A stretch of DNA of 64,000 bases from Rhizophagus irregularis (lineage: Eukaryota), in assembly GCF_026210795.1 (NCBI RefSeq), contig NC_089429.1, positions 2,728,001-2,792,000 of the forward strand, in the 5' to 3' direction. Shown one piece after another: positions 14,473 to 28,555 of this stretch; position 1 is the stretch's first letter; every line of letters starts with the position of its first letter. Made by a program: the position numbers and the translations under genes. A model generated the notes under the pieces. That model was given only the letters and a program-made list of their open reading frames with translations. It ran no database searches and had not been told where the DNA came from.

Positions 14473-16183
14473 TATAATAATTTGTCTGAATCCATTGGTG
14501 TTCAAGTTATTTGAAAATAAAAAATTTATTTATCTTAAAGTTGATATACCTATATTCTCATTAAATGTCATTGCCTTCCTGTTATCTAAGAAAGAGCTGC
14601 AATTATAAAATCATTTAATTTATTAATCTTAAATGATTAGTAAATAATAAGTTTTATGATAAATTTGATAAATCTAAAAATAATTTTGTAAATCTGTATA
14701 CTGCATTTATGCAGAAATATGCATAATTTAAAAAAAATTTAGAAAAAAGTAATAACGAAATCTTATCTTTATCAAAACAAAAATGCAAAAACGAAATTTT
14801 TTGTTCAATATAACAAAAGCAATGATTACAACAATTCGATATTAGACAAATATTTTTGCGGTTTGTAAAATAATATTCTCAACGATATTAACCTTAATTC
14901 TATCCTGAACACTAAATATTTTAAATACACTAATTGTACATTTTATGACACCCCAAATATTTTATTTAATTAACCCTGTTAACCTAAAGAATCATATAAA
15001 AAACTTGTGCTTTTTTGCCAAGACAAGGAAAAAAAAAAGAGAGAAGAGAGGAACAAACAAATAGCCTTGAAAATTGTTAATTAAGTGCCTTTTCATGTGT
15101 TTTTTATAAATATAAAGAGATTTTGTTTCGTTATTATGGCATCTTATTGTCATTCGTAAGTATGATGACAATCTGTTTATTTGTTTACGATTTGCAGTTT
15201 TAAAAAAAAAAAAAGCTTGGCAAAATAAAAAAAACCGGTCTTGCATTAGCCAAGAATTACACAAATTTTATTACGGTAATCTGATTGGTTGTTAATATCA
15301 TATTCAATACTATCAAATTTTATCATTATCCGTAATTTCCTAATTAAATATATCGTACGGCGGATAAATGATTTATCATGATTGAATTTTTTTTTTATTA
15401 TTATTAATATTTAATATTTTTTTTAAAGTTCAAAACGAGTTCATTTGTATAATATATGTATAATAAAAGTCTCGGGATAATTTTTTTAAAAAAAAAAACC
15501 ATTTTTTTTTTCTCCCGTTTTATACAACAATCATATACTTATATGTTGTGATTGTCCGAACCCCGAAGTAAATCCGAAATATTAAAATATTTGATCTCTC
15601 TATCATAATGGACGATCAATTAAAAAAAAATGAATTTAGAAAAAAAAAATTATTCAAAATAGGGAAATTTAATTTTCATTTAATACTATAATATGATTAA
15701 AAAAATAGTAAAATCTTGTACATCCTTTTTGTTATATTAATAAAGAGTTCAAACAAAGATCATATATAATTTTAGTTTAAAGTGCGAAATAAGTAATTAA
15801 TAGTAAGAATTATAGTGCGAAATAAGTAATTAATAGAATGAATTATATTTATTTACACTAAAAAAAAAATGTGCCGCGCAGTATTTCACAATTATAAATT
15901 TTTTGTACAATACTTTTTTTTTTATTCAAAAATATACGGTAAAATAAAGCAAATCACTTCTAAAGAAAGAAAGAAAGAAAGAAAAAGAAGAAAAAAAGGA
16001 AAAATGCTGATTATGCTCAATAAAATAATTCCCGCAAAATAATCTAAAATGTGTATAATAAAAGAATGAAGAATTATATTGATCCGATAAATTATTAGTT
16101 GAAATTAATTAATTAATAATAAAATCTAAAGCGAAATTTTTTAAAATAGTCTTTTATGAAATTAGCAATTTTTGCTTTAGAAA

Positions 16184-17472
16184 TTAAACTAAAATCATCA
16201 TTATTAATCCACATACAATGCCTAACAACAAGTTCTTTTCAACAGAACTTGCGCCACTTGCGCTAATAGCTGGAGGTGTACTAGGTGATTTACCATTAGG
16301 AGCATTAGGAGTTTTAGCAGTGGGTTCTTGTCCTTTAATATTAGATGGGGGAAGTGTAACATTTTCAACATAAGGTTGTTTATCACCCGAACATACAGCA
16401 GCACTTTGTGGGGCAAATTTGGCATTAACAACAATATCCATAGCAGCCTCTGCTTTCGAAGAAGATTTATCAAAAGCATCATGTTCTAAAGAAGCAAATC
16501 CAGTTGTTGCAGTTTTATTCTGTACCCACATTGAAAAATTCCCTGTGATCCAATTTAAATCATAAGTTTGATCCGAATTTGATTCCCAATCAAATGTATC
16601 ATGATTCCAAAAAGCCATTTTATAACCAAGTTGTGATAATATTCCACGAACTCTATCATCAGCATCTCCTTGAGGAGCTCTAAACCATTTAGGAGTTAAA
16701 TTAACGGCTTCTTTAATTGCCATTTCTGTCCATTTTGTTTCAGCTATAATTTCTTCAGTAGTTTGAGATGTAAGAGCTGTATGAGACCAAGTATGTACAC
16801 CAATTTGATGACCTAATAATAAGAATAACAAACAACAAAATAAATTAATCCATCCTTTACATTTATAGTTTTATAGTAATTAACTTACCAGAATCAACGA
16901 TTTGTTTGAGAATTTGGGGATTTTCAAAAACTCTACTTCCAATTACAAAGAAAGTTGCCTTTAGACCTCTGTCATTAAGCGCTTTAAGAACTCTCAATGT
17001 ATTATTTCTAAAATATGTACGTGTGAATGCGTGAGCGTACGATAAGAAATGTAAATTTAACAAGTAATATCTATAGTTAATACTTACGTAGGACCATCAT
17101 CATACGTTAAAGCCCAATCTGAAAAGAAATTGAAAGCAAATATTAAAAACGAGAGAGATATATATATATACACACTTAAATAATTTTTGATTAATTACCT
17201 CCTTTCTTAGGACAAAAGTCAAAATCAGTATCTCTTACACAAGTTGTGCAAGACCAGACACAAAATTCGTCAGTAGGGGCACATGGGGTCCCAATAGGTC
17301 TAACAGGAGCCTTTGGTAATTTTGATTGATCTACGAGAGCAGTCCAAGCAGCTACGGGTGGTGGAGGTGTATCAACTGGAGGATATTTTCCTTTAAGCTG
17401 TGCTTCGACGTTTAATGTTGTAGTGGATAATAACAACAAAAAAATTGATATTGCCGAGAATAATTTATACAT
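16184..17472 (-). CDS. Secreted, probably GPI-anchored chitin deacetylase (CE4/NodB)
   Basis: Signal peptide; microexon WALTYDDGP (~17088-17118); ATFFVIGSR, HTWSH, FRAPQGD, LEHD; Pro/Ser linker and hydrophobic C-tail. Confidence 0.93.
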
Positions 17473-20400
17473 GATTGATAAATTTCTTGTAAATAAAAAT
17501 AAAAAGATGGTGTATTTTATGCGGTTAATCCTTTTCCTTTTTTGACCTGCTCAACAGAATCTTTTTTTTTTTATTATTATAATCTTTTTTTTTTAAAAAA
17601 AAAAAAAAAGGAAGAGAATTTTCCTCTTGTGTAAGTCAACCAGAATTGAATTCGGTGATTAAAAAATAAAGGGAAAAAATTGAAGAATCACGGCACTTAT
17701 ATAACTTTTTTTTTCAAAAATTTATTGAAAATTGTACAACACTCTTCCTTACAATTTATAGGTAACACTAAATTCTCCTACTTTTTTATACCTGTTATAT
17801 TTAAAGAGGTATCTAAAAAATTTATAATTGGTTAGACAAAATTTTTACAATTTTAGGTGAGATCATTTAATTCGGTCTTTACCTAATTATCAACTGTTTT
17901 TTTTTTTTTTTTGATACGTCATGAATTAAATGTAAAAGATTATGATGCAAGGAGTTATAAAATTAATTTATTAATATTTATTAATGGAAACTCTTGGCTT
18001 AATATATGTGTTGTATACCTTTGTATGTAACTAAAAATGTACGATTTTGCTCGTTTCTAATAATATATAAAATAAAAATAATTTCTTTTCTCCGATAATA
18101 ACTTGCATATAAACTTAAACTTTAAGCTTCTTTTTTACTGGTCAATCTTTTTAAACAAAAAAAATATGATTTTATTTGATCATCTATCTTCAAAAAAGAA
18201 AAGTCATTTTATTTCATTTTCTTTCGTAAAGAAAGAACTTTTTGCCAATACTAAATATAACTTTTTTTTTATTTTTATTTTTCTTTCTTTAATTTTAAAA
18301 TAATAAAAATTTATTATATATATAATATATAATAATGATAATTGACACGAATAATACTGTATAAATGAAATATATACAGTAATATATATATATATATATA
18401 TATAGTTTAACAGATTTAAAGATTTTTTTTTTCCTCATTTTTTTTTACCTTTTTTTTTTTTTGTTTTTAATAAACGGTTTCATATCTGAGACCATGAAAA
18501 TTGCCAAGTAAGTGCCAAGAAACTTTTTACAATTATAAAAGATAATTGTTATTACGTTTACATTATAGAAAATAGTTAGAATCATAATTAAACTTGTAAC
18601 TAAAACGTTCAAATAAACCAACAATTAACAAGTGTATTCTCAACGAGGTATGACACCGTTAAACCCAATTAATATGCAAAAGAATAAAATAAGGAATATC
18701 TTTATATTATTACTTCTTTATTTTTTTCCTCGTGAAATTTCTTTTAAAATATTTTACCAAAAATGTCGATACGACTTTGAAATAAATAAAACAATTCTAA
18801 ATTTGGGTTTTAAAGTTTACACGAAAAAAAAAAGATATACGGGATAAATTTTACGCGCAAGAAAAAATACCAAAAAAGTTTTGTTTAATAATAGAGTATT
18901 GCTTGGCATTTCCATTTAATAATAATTAGGTTAGATCAAATGTAAGATCTAAGCCGCAACCATTTGATTAACCTTTTCCTTTTTTATATAATTCGTGTAA
19001 TCTGTAATGTATTATTGTAATTCAATATGCAAGTGTACTTGTAACACCAGAGTCGGGCCATCTCTAAAAGGATTAGTACAAAAGATTAGTGCATTTCTTT
19101 GTAGAAATTTACGGGTTAAAATTTTCAATCTATAATTAAACATTCATACATTTCGACATGGAATGAATGGATAAGAATAGAAAAATGAACAATGCTTTGA
19201 TAAAGAATGGCTGAATGAATTCGAATGACATATTTTGGACTAATTTGGTCTGACACTATAAATTTGGCCCGAATTTAAATGGAAGTTTTTCCGTTATTAG
19301 TTTGGTTAATATTTAAAGATCTAGATCTTGAAATTGTGTTCAATATTATGTGTCAGTAAACGCGAACTTCAATTTTAATTTATTATAGTCTTTTAAGTAT
19401 TATTTATTAAATTTTATAAAATCGAATAAATTTTAATATATTCAATGAATTTTAATTTAATTCGAACACTATTCGATTCCCCTCCCTGTTCTTATCTATT
19501 TTAGGAAATTCAAGTCATCTTGCCCCGGCCCTCCCCCTCGATGTTAAGTGCAAGAATCAGATTATCAGATATACCAGTTAATAAAATTATTTAAGGTAAA
19601 ATCGCCGGTAGATATCTTAATCCAAATTATCTTCTATTTATAGTTTATCCCCTGAACTCGGTGCATTGCAATGGTTTAACCTTTCCTATCCTTCTAAACG
19701 GTATGTTAAAAGCAAAGTACGTGATATGGTATCGCCGTATCAGGACATTTCGTCGAAAGCCATTTCGCCGAAAAATAATTTCTCATAATGCCGTATAATG
19801 TTGGCTCACCCCCGTTGTATATATAACTTTCTTATCCTTACCTTTAAAGTTTAAACCGGGTGTATTCTATAAAATTGAATTTTTTTCTTATATAACCAGA
19901 TTGTTTGCGGATAGACAAACATTGCATGGTTTTGTATTGAACATAGCCACGTACGTCTAAAGCGTGATGTTTTAAGTATTAACATTTTAAAATTATTTAA
20001 TTCATTGGTTTTTTTGTTTTATTGATCTGGCAAAATTCATGTTACCGTATAGCGCTGACTAAGATAGGTACCCGGGGGACTTTGAATAGCAATTACTTAT
20101 TTTATCATCATTATTTGCCATTTATAATTAACAAATTATTGCAAAATCATTTTACAATTGGATAATCCATTTTAATTGTATGGAACATGAAAAAAAATCG
20201 TCCAGAATTAGCCTAATTTTACCAGAAACCATACCTGGGTATATTATAAGGGGGACGCCAAAACGGGTGTCCCTTAATCAATTCTATACGGTAAAGTCTA
20301 GATTAATTATTAATAGAAATATTGTTTTTATATATAGATTGATAACATATCATTTATTATAAACTTTTAAAGTTTAATATAGATTGATAACATATGAACT

Positions 20401-20710
20401 TTTAAAGTTTAAATTAATTAAATTAATTCAGTACAATTAATTTATCAGATATTTATAACACATTTATTATTAAAAAGATTTACAATAATTTTCCGTTCAT
20501 TGCTTTTTTAAAATAATCTCATTTAATTTAACCTACCAAATATACTACAGAACCCTTTTCTTTCTAGAATATGCATTTCTCTTATTAAGTGAACGATCAA
20601 CAATCACTTTTAACAATGACACTACCAAATTTATCAAACAAGGATATCAAATTAATAAAATTTTACAAAAAAAAAAATAATAATAATATTTTTTTTCTCT
20701 CGACTTTATA

Positions 20711-21313
20711 ATGAATACAATTGTAACTCTTAATGTTGGTGGTGTTCTTTACACTACTACAAAAGATACATTGTTAAAATATGAAAGTTTCTTTTCAGGT
20801 CTTTTCAGTAATAATTTCTCTTTTACACTTGATAATAACAATAACATTTTCATTGATAGAAGCGGTGAATTATTCAAATATGTGCTCGAATTTTTAAGAA
20901 ATAATACTTTACCAAAAAGAGCTTTGTCAGATAAGGCTCTACTTGAAGAATTATTGCAAGAAGCTGAATTTTATTGTATTGAAAAACTTATCACTGAAAT
21001 TAAATTAAACCTGGATTCTACAAAAAATATTAAAATTCGATTATGGGATCTTGAAGATTACTTAAAGAAAGGTTATCATGTCATTGGAAAGGGAATGGAA
21101 CTCATTCAATATCACCGATGCCCTCATAGACATGATCCTGAACGAATTGGTGAGAATCGATATCATGATTCAAAGTGCCGACATTCACATGTTGAAATAG
21201 TTGAAGAATATGTGCCTTTTTCAATAGTATCAATTAATAGTCCAGTATTACCTATATTTGACGTATCAACAGGAACATTTACGGGAGAACGAATAATTAA
21301 AAAATTTCATTGA
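20711..21313 (+). CDS. BTB/POZ (KCTD-type) domain protein
   Basis: VTLNVGG..YTTTKDTL..FIDRSGELFKYVLEFLR..EAEFY. Confidence 0.92.
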   Translation: MNTIVTLNVGGVLYTTTKDTLLKYESFFSGLFSNNFSFTLDNNNNIFIDRSGELFKYVLEFLRNNTLPKRALSDKALLEELLQEAEFYCIEKLITEIKLNLDSTKNIKIRLWDLEDYLKKGYHVIGKGMELIQYHRCPHRHDPERIGENRYHDSKCRHSHVEIVEEYVPFSIVSINSPVLPIFDVSTGTFTGERIIKKFH

Positions 21314-21689
21314 ACACAATATGTATTGGGTAAATATTATTTTCCAAGTGCCATTATATATGAAAATTCTGTTGTTGTGTGAATGATCCACTTCTAAAAA
21401 AAATAGATTTTAACTTACGTTCGATCCTTATAAAAGCAAAAACCTTGCTTTTTATAAAGACAATAGAATGAAGTAGCAAATAGCAATAGTTAAATTCAAT
21501 TGGACAATATTAAATACTTGATTTTTATGATTCAAATAAATTTCTGGTGTAAAGTTGTGAAATTGTGAATATTACAGTATTAATAAAGAATGTTTTGAAT
21601 AATTATAAGTAATTATATTTATTTAAGTATTTTGAAAACACTATTATTATAAGTCAAATTCTCAGCCATCCATTCTATGAATAGCTAAC

Positions 21690-23249
21690 CTAATTAAAAT
21701 CTAAAAAATATCTATATATTGATGTCCATTTAATATCAATTTTTTTTTTATCATATCTAAGTATTAATTTTCTATTTTTTGTCATTTCATCAATTTCACT
21801 TTTTAATACATCAACACATATATAATAATAGAAATCTAAATTAATTAAATTATCAATATAATTTCTCATAATTTCTTCTAAAAGATTAAGTTCAATTACT
21901 CCTTCAAATGAAAGAGATTTTAAAGATTTAGGAAGTGATCTTATAAAAATTAATATTAATTCTTCAGATAAATTAAAATTATAATATATTGAAGCAAATA
22001 AAATAATTTTTTGTAGATTTGGACAATTATTACAAAAAGATTTGAACTCATTTAACACTCCATCAACGTTCTCAAGATTATCACGTTCAAATCTTTTCAT
22101 ATAACCAAAAATATGTTCCAATTTTAATCCAATCAATGTAAGATTTTGACAATATAATGATAAAGTATCAAGGATTGATTTTAAATAATTTTGTCCTTCC
22201 CTTAATTCTCTATATGAAATTATCTTTAATTCCTTCAAATTATTACTATGATTCTTTAAAAATTCCATAATGTAATCTAGCCATTTAAAAAATTTTTCTT
22301 CATAACGTTTACCAGATCCAGAAATTATAAAACAATCTAATAATGAGAAAGAAAATAATTTTGGTAGGTAAATATCTTTTAAGCATATCATTTGATCAAA
22401 ATCAATAATCATAGAATCTAAATGTAATTCTTCAAGATTTGAACAATTAAATAAAAAATTCAAATCAGTTTGTTCTCCATTAAAACAACCTTTAATCATT
22501 ATATACTTTATAGAATGAGATTCGGAAAGTTTAAAGAAAAGTCCTCTCCATTTTTCCATATGCCTATTATAATCATCACTAAACATAGGAGGGTTCACAT
22601 TTAAGTTAAAATATTCCAAATTATTTTGAACAGAAATAAATTCAATAAGATCCTCAAAAAATTTCAAATTATTTTTATATTCTTCAAACAAAAATTCAAC
22701 GGTAAGATCTTTGATATTTTTAAAATAAATTGATAAATCAGAAAAAGATAAATTGAATCCATAAGTATTAAACTTCAACTTTGTAATATGATTAAGTAAC
22801 ATTTGTAAATTTGGTAAAGTAAAAATATTTTTACAAAGTTTTTTTTTAAAATTTCCAGAAAATGTTAATTCATCTAATCTTTTTGTTTTCATAAAAATAG
22901 TTTTGCTTATTGCCATGATATATTCATTATCATAAATTAAACTACATAATAAAGATATGTCAAATTGTTGAATAAACCATACATAATTAAACATAGTTTT
23001 AGTTGGAATATTTTCAAGTCCTAAATTGATTCTCTCTTGTAATGAGATTTGTGAAAGAAGGATTGGAATTATTTTTTTCATTTTCGTTGTTTCAAGATTA
23101 TGACCAAATGGTCTTCTCCACAAGACGGGGATGACATTTTCACACCAATTTTTATTTACAAATAATGATGAAAATAAAGAATCAATATCATCATCAAGGT
23201 TATTAAAAATGATTTGTAATATTTCATTTAAAAATGGGTTTACGGTCAT
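21690..23249 (-). CDS. F-box/leucine-rich repeat protein (AMF-expanded type), intronless
   Basis: N-terminal LNEILQIIFNNL..SLFSSLFVNKNWCENVIPVLWRRPF followed by degenerate LRRs. Confidence 0.85.
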   Translation of the reverse strand: MTVNPFLNEILQIIFNNLDDDIDSLFSSLFVNKNWCENVIPVLWRRPFGHNLETTKMKKIIPILLSQISLQERINLGLENIPTKTMFNYVWFIQQFDISLLCSLIYDNEYIMAISKTIFMKTKRLDELTFSGNFKKKLCKNIFTLPNLQMLLNHITKLKFNTYGFNLSFSDLSIYFKNIKDLTVEFLFEEYKNNLKFFEDLIEFISVQNNLEYFNLNVNPPMFSDDYNRHMEKWRGLFFKLSESHSIKYIMIKGCFNGEQTDLNFLFNCSNLEELHLDSMIIDFDQMICLKDIYLPKLFSFSLLDCFIISGSGKRYEEKFFKWLDYIMEFLKNHSNNLKELKIISYRELREGQNYLKSILDTLSLYCQNLTLIGLKLEHIFGYMKRFERDNLENVDGVLNEFKSFCNNCPNLQKIILFASIYYNFNLSEELILIFIRSLPKSLKSLSFEGVIELNLLEEIMRNYIDNLINLDFYYYICVDVLKSEIDEMTKNRKLILRYDKKKIDIKWTSIYRYFLDFN

Positions 23250-23495
23250 GTTTTATGTTTTCGGAGATTATGTTTTCGGAGATATTTATAGAGGATCAAT
23301 CGGTCAAAAAAATTATTTTTTCTGATGATTGATAATCAAGATAATATATAATAGTGCGCTTGCACGTGACTAGTAAATTATATGTTTTTAATTTATTTGA
23401 ATTCATAATTGATGTTTGATACAGTATTAATAATAGTATGATATATATATAATGACTTGAAATATAATATTATATAATAATGACTAAATTATTGG

Positions 23496-24674
23496 TTAAT
23501 TTTTTTCATTATAATTGGTATTATAATTATGATTATGATCGTTATTGTAATTTTGATAATCGTTACTGTAATCATTATTGTTATTGTAATCATTATTGTT
23601 GTTGTAATCATTATTATTGTTATAGTAATCGTTATTATTATTATTATCGTTATGATTGTGATTACGATTTTCCAATAAAATATTTTTAATTTCAATTTCT
23701 TTGTCTAATTTAATATTACTAGTAAAAATTCCACCACAATGAATTTTAATTTTAATTTTATGATTAACTTCAACATGTCTTCTATCATTTATAGTTAAAC
23801 AATAATTTTGATTCTTATTCCATTCAGGTAATTCTATTTTAATTTGAGTATTTACTTCACTATTAGAATTTAATAAAATTTCATCACCTTTAATTTGTTT
23901 TTCAATTATATAAAATGAAGATTTTCTAGTTTTCCTTTTAGTTGTTAATTTATTATATTCTTTTATACCAAAAGTTATTTTAGTAATTTTAAAATCTTGT
24001 TTATGAAATTTTAATAAAAGATTTATAATAAAAGGCATATTTGGTCCACCAATAGAATTTTCCAATGTAATATTATAACCTAAACCACGATCTATAGCTT
24101 CATAATCATTTAATTGATTCCAATTAAAAGAATGTAAACTAATTGGAGGTGAAATATATTTATTAAGATTAATTGATAATACAACAGTTTTTTCTGAACC
24201 TTTAAATTTCCATAAATTTCCTTTACGATTAATATTAGCAATTAATTTATATCTAATTTTTCCTTTACCTCCATCAATTTTAATTGAAGGTGGTAAATTT
24301 ATTGGTAAATTGATTTCAAATGGTATATCTAAATTACGAATTTCTTCATATCCTCCATCAGGTTTTGATGTTGTCCATAATTGTAATAATTGATTTACAA
24401 TAACTTCTTTTGCTTTATATGTTACAGATGATTCTCCTCGTCTTTCAGTCCATCTAACTTTTTCTGACCCTCTAAAAATTATATCAATTTTACTTGCTAA
24501 TATTGGTTCTGATGATGGAAATCTTAAATGTAAAGTTCCTGCTATCATAGCATTTGGATTTACTCCAAGATAATTGATTTGAAAATGTTCTTGATTTCCT
24601 GGATATGAAAAAAATACTTTTTCACTACTTTTTTTATATTCCGTTTTTGGTGGTACATTAATAAGTTCTGTCAT
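23496..24674 (-). CDS. Arrestin-N domain protein with Asn-rich tail
   Basis: IIFRGSEKVRW..DIPFEINLPINLPPSI..GKIRYKLIA; C-terminal (NNNNDY)n repeats. Confidence 0.85.
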   Translation of the reverse strand: MTELINVPPKTEYKKSSEKVFFSYPGNQEHFQINYLGVNPNAMIAGTLHLRFPSSEPILASKIDIIFRGSEKVRWTERRGESSVTYKAKEVIVNQLLQLWTTSKPDGGYEEIRNLDIPFEINLPINLPPSIKIDGGKGKIRYKLIANINRKGNLWKFKGSEKTVVLSINLNKYISPPISLHSFNWNQLNDYEAIDRGLGYNITLENSIGGPNMPFIINLLLKFHKQDFKITKITFGIKEYNKLTTKRKTRKSSFYIIEKQIKGDEILLNSNSEVNTQIKIELPEWNKNQNYCLTINDRRHVEVNHKIKIKIHCGGIFTSNIKLDKEIEIKNILLENRNHNHNDNNNNNDYYNNNNDYNNNNDYNNNNDYSNDYQNYNNDHNHNYNTNYNEKN

Positions 24675-26929
24675 TTTTTTTTTAAAAAAAAATTGTATTT
24701 ATTTTACGAGAAGAATAAAGAATATATTTTATTTTATTTTATTTTTTAATAATAATAAAAGTATTTATTACGAATAAAATTGAAATTGGTTGGTAATTTC
24801 AATAAACCCTTTTTATAAAAAAAAAAAAATTATTTGTCATTATTTGAATATATATGGTAATACATTGATTTCTTTTATTTTAATTATTCAAATTTAGTTA
24901 AATTTAAACACATGATAATGGAAGAAAATTCGATAAAGAAAAATAATAAAAATATTGCATCGTTATTGTTAAATGAAAAAAAAAAAACTTGTTTATTTCG
25001 AGAATTGTTCGAAATATCGAATTATTTTTTTTTTTATATAATTTGTGAAACTAACATTATTTAAAGAAAAAAAACTATGAATTATGAAATCAGTTTTTTT
25101 GATTTTTTAAAGTCCGGACTCCGTACGCAAATGTGTCACATGCATCATCTGGCCAACGTTTCTGATCACACTTAATATACTTTATGGGGTAATAATGGTT
25201 TCATAGTCCTTCAAGTTACACATGAATTATTGAATGATAACTTTCTTGATTGATGAATCGATGAATAATTGTTTTTTTTTTACGATTGCATTGATTCACC
25301 CTTGTGTTTGCTTGGGATAATAAATTTAGGAATTAGATCCGGGTGCTTTCAAGGGGGTGCCAAGATGGTAATTGAAATTAATTTCTGGGAAAAATTTGAT
25401 AATTTGAACCTTCGGCGGTTCGGCCGATAACGTTGACATGTGACCAGGTGGCTATACCCGCAGTTGCTTTGTATGTAAGACGTAATTTGGTAAAGTCAAT
25501 TAAATGACAATTGGACAATTGGACAATTGAACTATCGGACTATTTGAACTATGACCAAATTTAAATTGTCACTTTATACCATTATAGGTTAATCATATTA
25601 ATTTAATGAATTCTAACTAATTTTGTTATTATTATTATCTAGAAACTGTATTAGATACAATATAACCTTTACATCAACACATTTATTTTAACACGTGATT
25701 TTACTCCGCCTTAGGGAAAAAAATCTCAACCCCCCTATATATAGTTACACTCCGAAAAAAATAGCGAGATTATAAAAATACTGTATGGTGAGAGGTTCTT
25801 TTTTAATAAGCTAATTAGTAACTTGGACCAAACGTAAATGGGCTTATAAGGAAGGATGTAACTATGTCTGTGAGGGGTCGATAGTGGGTCGATTGTATAT
25901 CAAATTCTTATCGGTACGGATTAGTAGACTATAAATTTGGAGTATATATGTAAGTAATGTTGGTGGAATTTTTACTTTGTATGTATGATTTTTTATGGTA
26001 CATATATACTTATCACAATATATAATAATAGTATAATAATATGTATGTATTATAGTATGATTTAAATTTTTTATTACGTACAAACGAGTGAAACAACACA
26101 TAATTATGTTTATTTAAATTTTTATTTTCATATTTTAAAGAAGGAGCTAGCGCCATCGAAAAGGTGTATGACGAGGCTGGTAAAAAAGTATGATTTATAT
26201 ACGTATGTATATACATGTACGTACAGTACGTACGATTTAAAATCATACGTACTAACAAAAAAACAAAAAATGCAATATACATACTGTTTTACAAAATCAT
26301 ACTATAATAAGATCGGATACACCGTAAATTTGAGCCAAATTATAATTTATACTAAGACCAACATCTAATTTTTAACGGAATTAAGATGGCGCAAAATTAA
26401 AAAAAAAAAAAATTAAAAAATTTTAATAACCACAAAATCGTCAAGTGCTGGCCAGTGTAACCTAAAAGCTAAAACTTATAAGATTACTGTAATTGCGAAA
26501 CGGGACATGGAAAATTTGTTGGTACATTGGTATACGCATAATTACAATACCAAATCCATTATAGTCCAACATTGTTTAAATCTACCAAACAATTTTATTC
26601 CAAGTTTTATTAAACTAGGTAAAACGGAAATCATTGAAGTCCTTCGCTCGATATGTTCATTATGTTTTTTAATATCCAAGTAGATTTCATAGTATAAATT
26701 ACAAGTAATTAAATATAAAGTAGAATATAAAAGCTGGAATAAAGACCATGATCAAAATCTCAAAAAATTCAGACTTAGTAAAATTTGAAATCACGTGCAG
26801 ATGGTGAATGTCAAATTGAAAAGATTCTTGTAAAATTATAAAATTTTAATATTAAAGCAATCGTGTCATCACTGACCGTAGAAAATTACATTTAATAAGC
26901 TCTATATTATGAATGAAAATGCATTCACT

Positions 26930-28555
26930 TTAAATATCATCTGTAACAACAAATAAAAATTGTCCAGCAATAGCACCAAATATTACTAATAACAAAGATG
27001 TTTGAGATCTTCTAAAACTATATAAAGCTGCTAATGATAAAACGTACAAAACAGCTGCTACAGAACTATGTTGAGCAGCAACCAGAGTTAATTTATCAGG
27101 TGATAACTTTTTTAATATTGCAACATTAGAAATAGAAAATTTTAATAAATCTAATGCCGTTACAGCAATTATACCTACTACGCTACCTGTAATACCATCA
27201 AAAAATGCTGCAAGAAATTTATTACGTACTAATTTTTCAAGAATATGATGTCCCATTATTGTAAAGAAAAAGCATGGTGTAAAAATTCCTATTGTAATTA
27301 ATAAAGCTTCCAAAAATGCCCATCCATGTCCTCCAAATACATAACCTCCATAGTATCCTATGAAAGTAGAAAACATAACTAGTGGTGAGGGTAAGATCTG
27401 ACCAATAGCAATCGCATCAAGAAAAACTTGTTTTGCCATCCATTTTCCAATACTAACGGCTTCTACTTGCAAGAAGGGTATAGTTGTCTAATATTTTTAT
27501 AAAAATAATTAGATATTCGTTACGAAATCTAAAACTATTTTTTAAATAATTTATAAACTTACGTATGCTCCTCCAAAAGATAAGCTTCCCGCAAGTAGAC
27601 CTAAAGCAAATATATGTCCAGGATCGGTTTCTTTTGCTACTCCAATTCCTTTATTATTTATGATTAAATTAAAAGTTAAAATTAAACGATTATATTATAA
27701 AAATGCGTAATATAACTAACCTATTGACGTAGGTGACGGAATTCCTTTCTTAAGTCCAACATAAATTCCAAATCCGATAAATTCCAACACAAAAACTGAT
27801 AATCCGAACCAATACATTTTCCTATCTATAAACATAAATGCTATACCACATACAGCTAACGTAATAAGAAAATTCAAATTCACTGCAGTTTGTATGGCAG
27901 ATATGATGGCTAAACCAAATAACCACTTATTAAATTGATTATTTTTATGGGATACAAATGAATGCTCTCCAATTTTATGAACAGCTCTTAATACCATTGC
28001 GGCTACAATAGGCTGTAAAGCACGAAATGATGCATTAAAATAAATATTATCTAATCCTACTTTAACATATATAAAAGAGAATAATAATATTAATATAAAT
28101 CCGGGTAAGATAAATCCTAATCCACCAAGTAATCCGCCTAATCGTCCTCTTCCTGCAAGAAAGCCAAAAAACATGCATAATTCTGTCGCTTCAGGTCCTG
28201 GTAAAATTTGATAAACACCATAGACTCTATTAAATCTTGCATGAGTTATCCATTGACGTTTTGTAACCAATCTTTCTTTAATAAGAGCAATTTGAGCAAC
28301 GGGTCCTCCCCAAGCATGAATTCCAAAATCAAGAAATAAGACGAAAATTTTCCAATATGATAAATGTGGTACTTTAGAATTATCTTCAAATTCATTCTCT
28401 GGAGTTTCAAAGGTTTCTACTTGAACAACTACGTTAGAATCATTATTCTTATTCTCGTCGTCAGTCTTGGTTGTACCTAACGTAATATCTGTTGTCGATT
28501 CAATGTTTTTTTCGACAATTTTAGTAGAATCATTATTAGGTGGGGAGGAAGTCAT
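26930..28555 (-). CDS. Chromate ion transporter (CHR/ChrA family), 3 exons
   Basis: AWGGPVAQI, QILPGPEATE, SFGGAY (exon ~27563-27649), FLDAIAIGQILPSP. Confidence 0.93.

Noticed and set aside
23480..23695. Cys/Tyr-rich and Ile/Thr-rich ORFs
   Set aside because: Alternative frames of the arrestin gene's AAT-rich tail.
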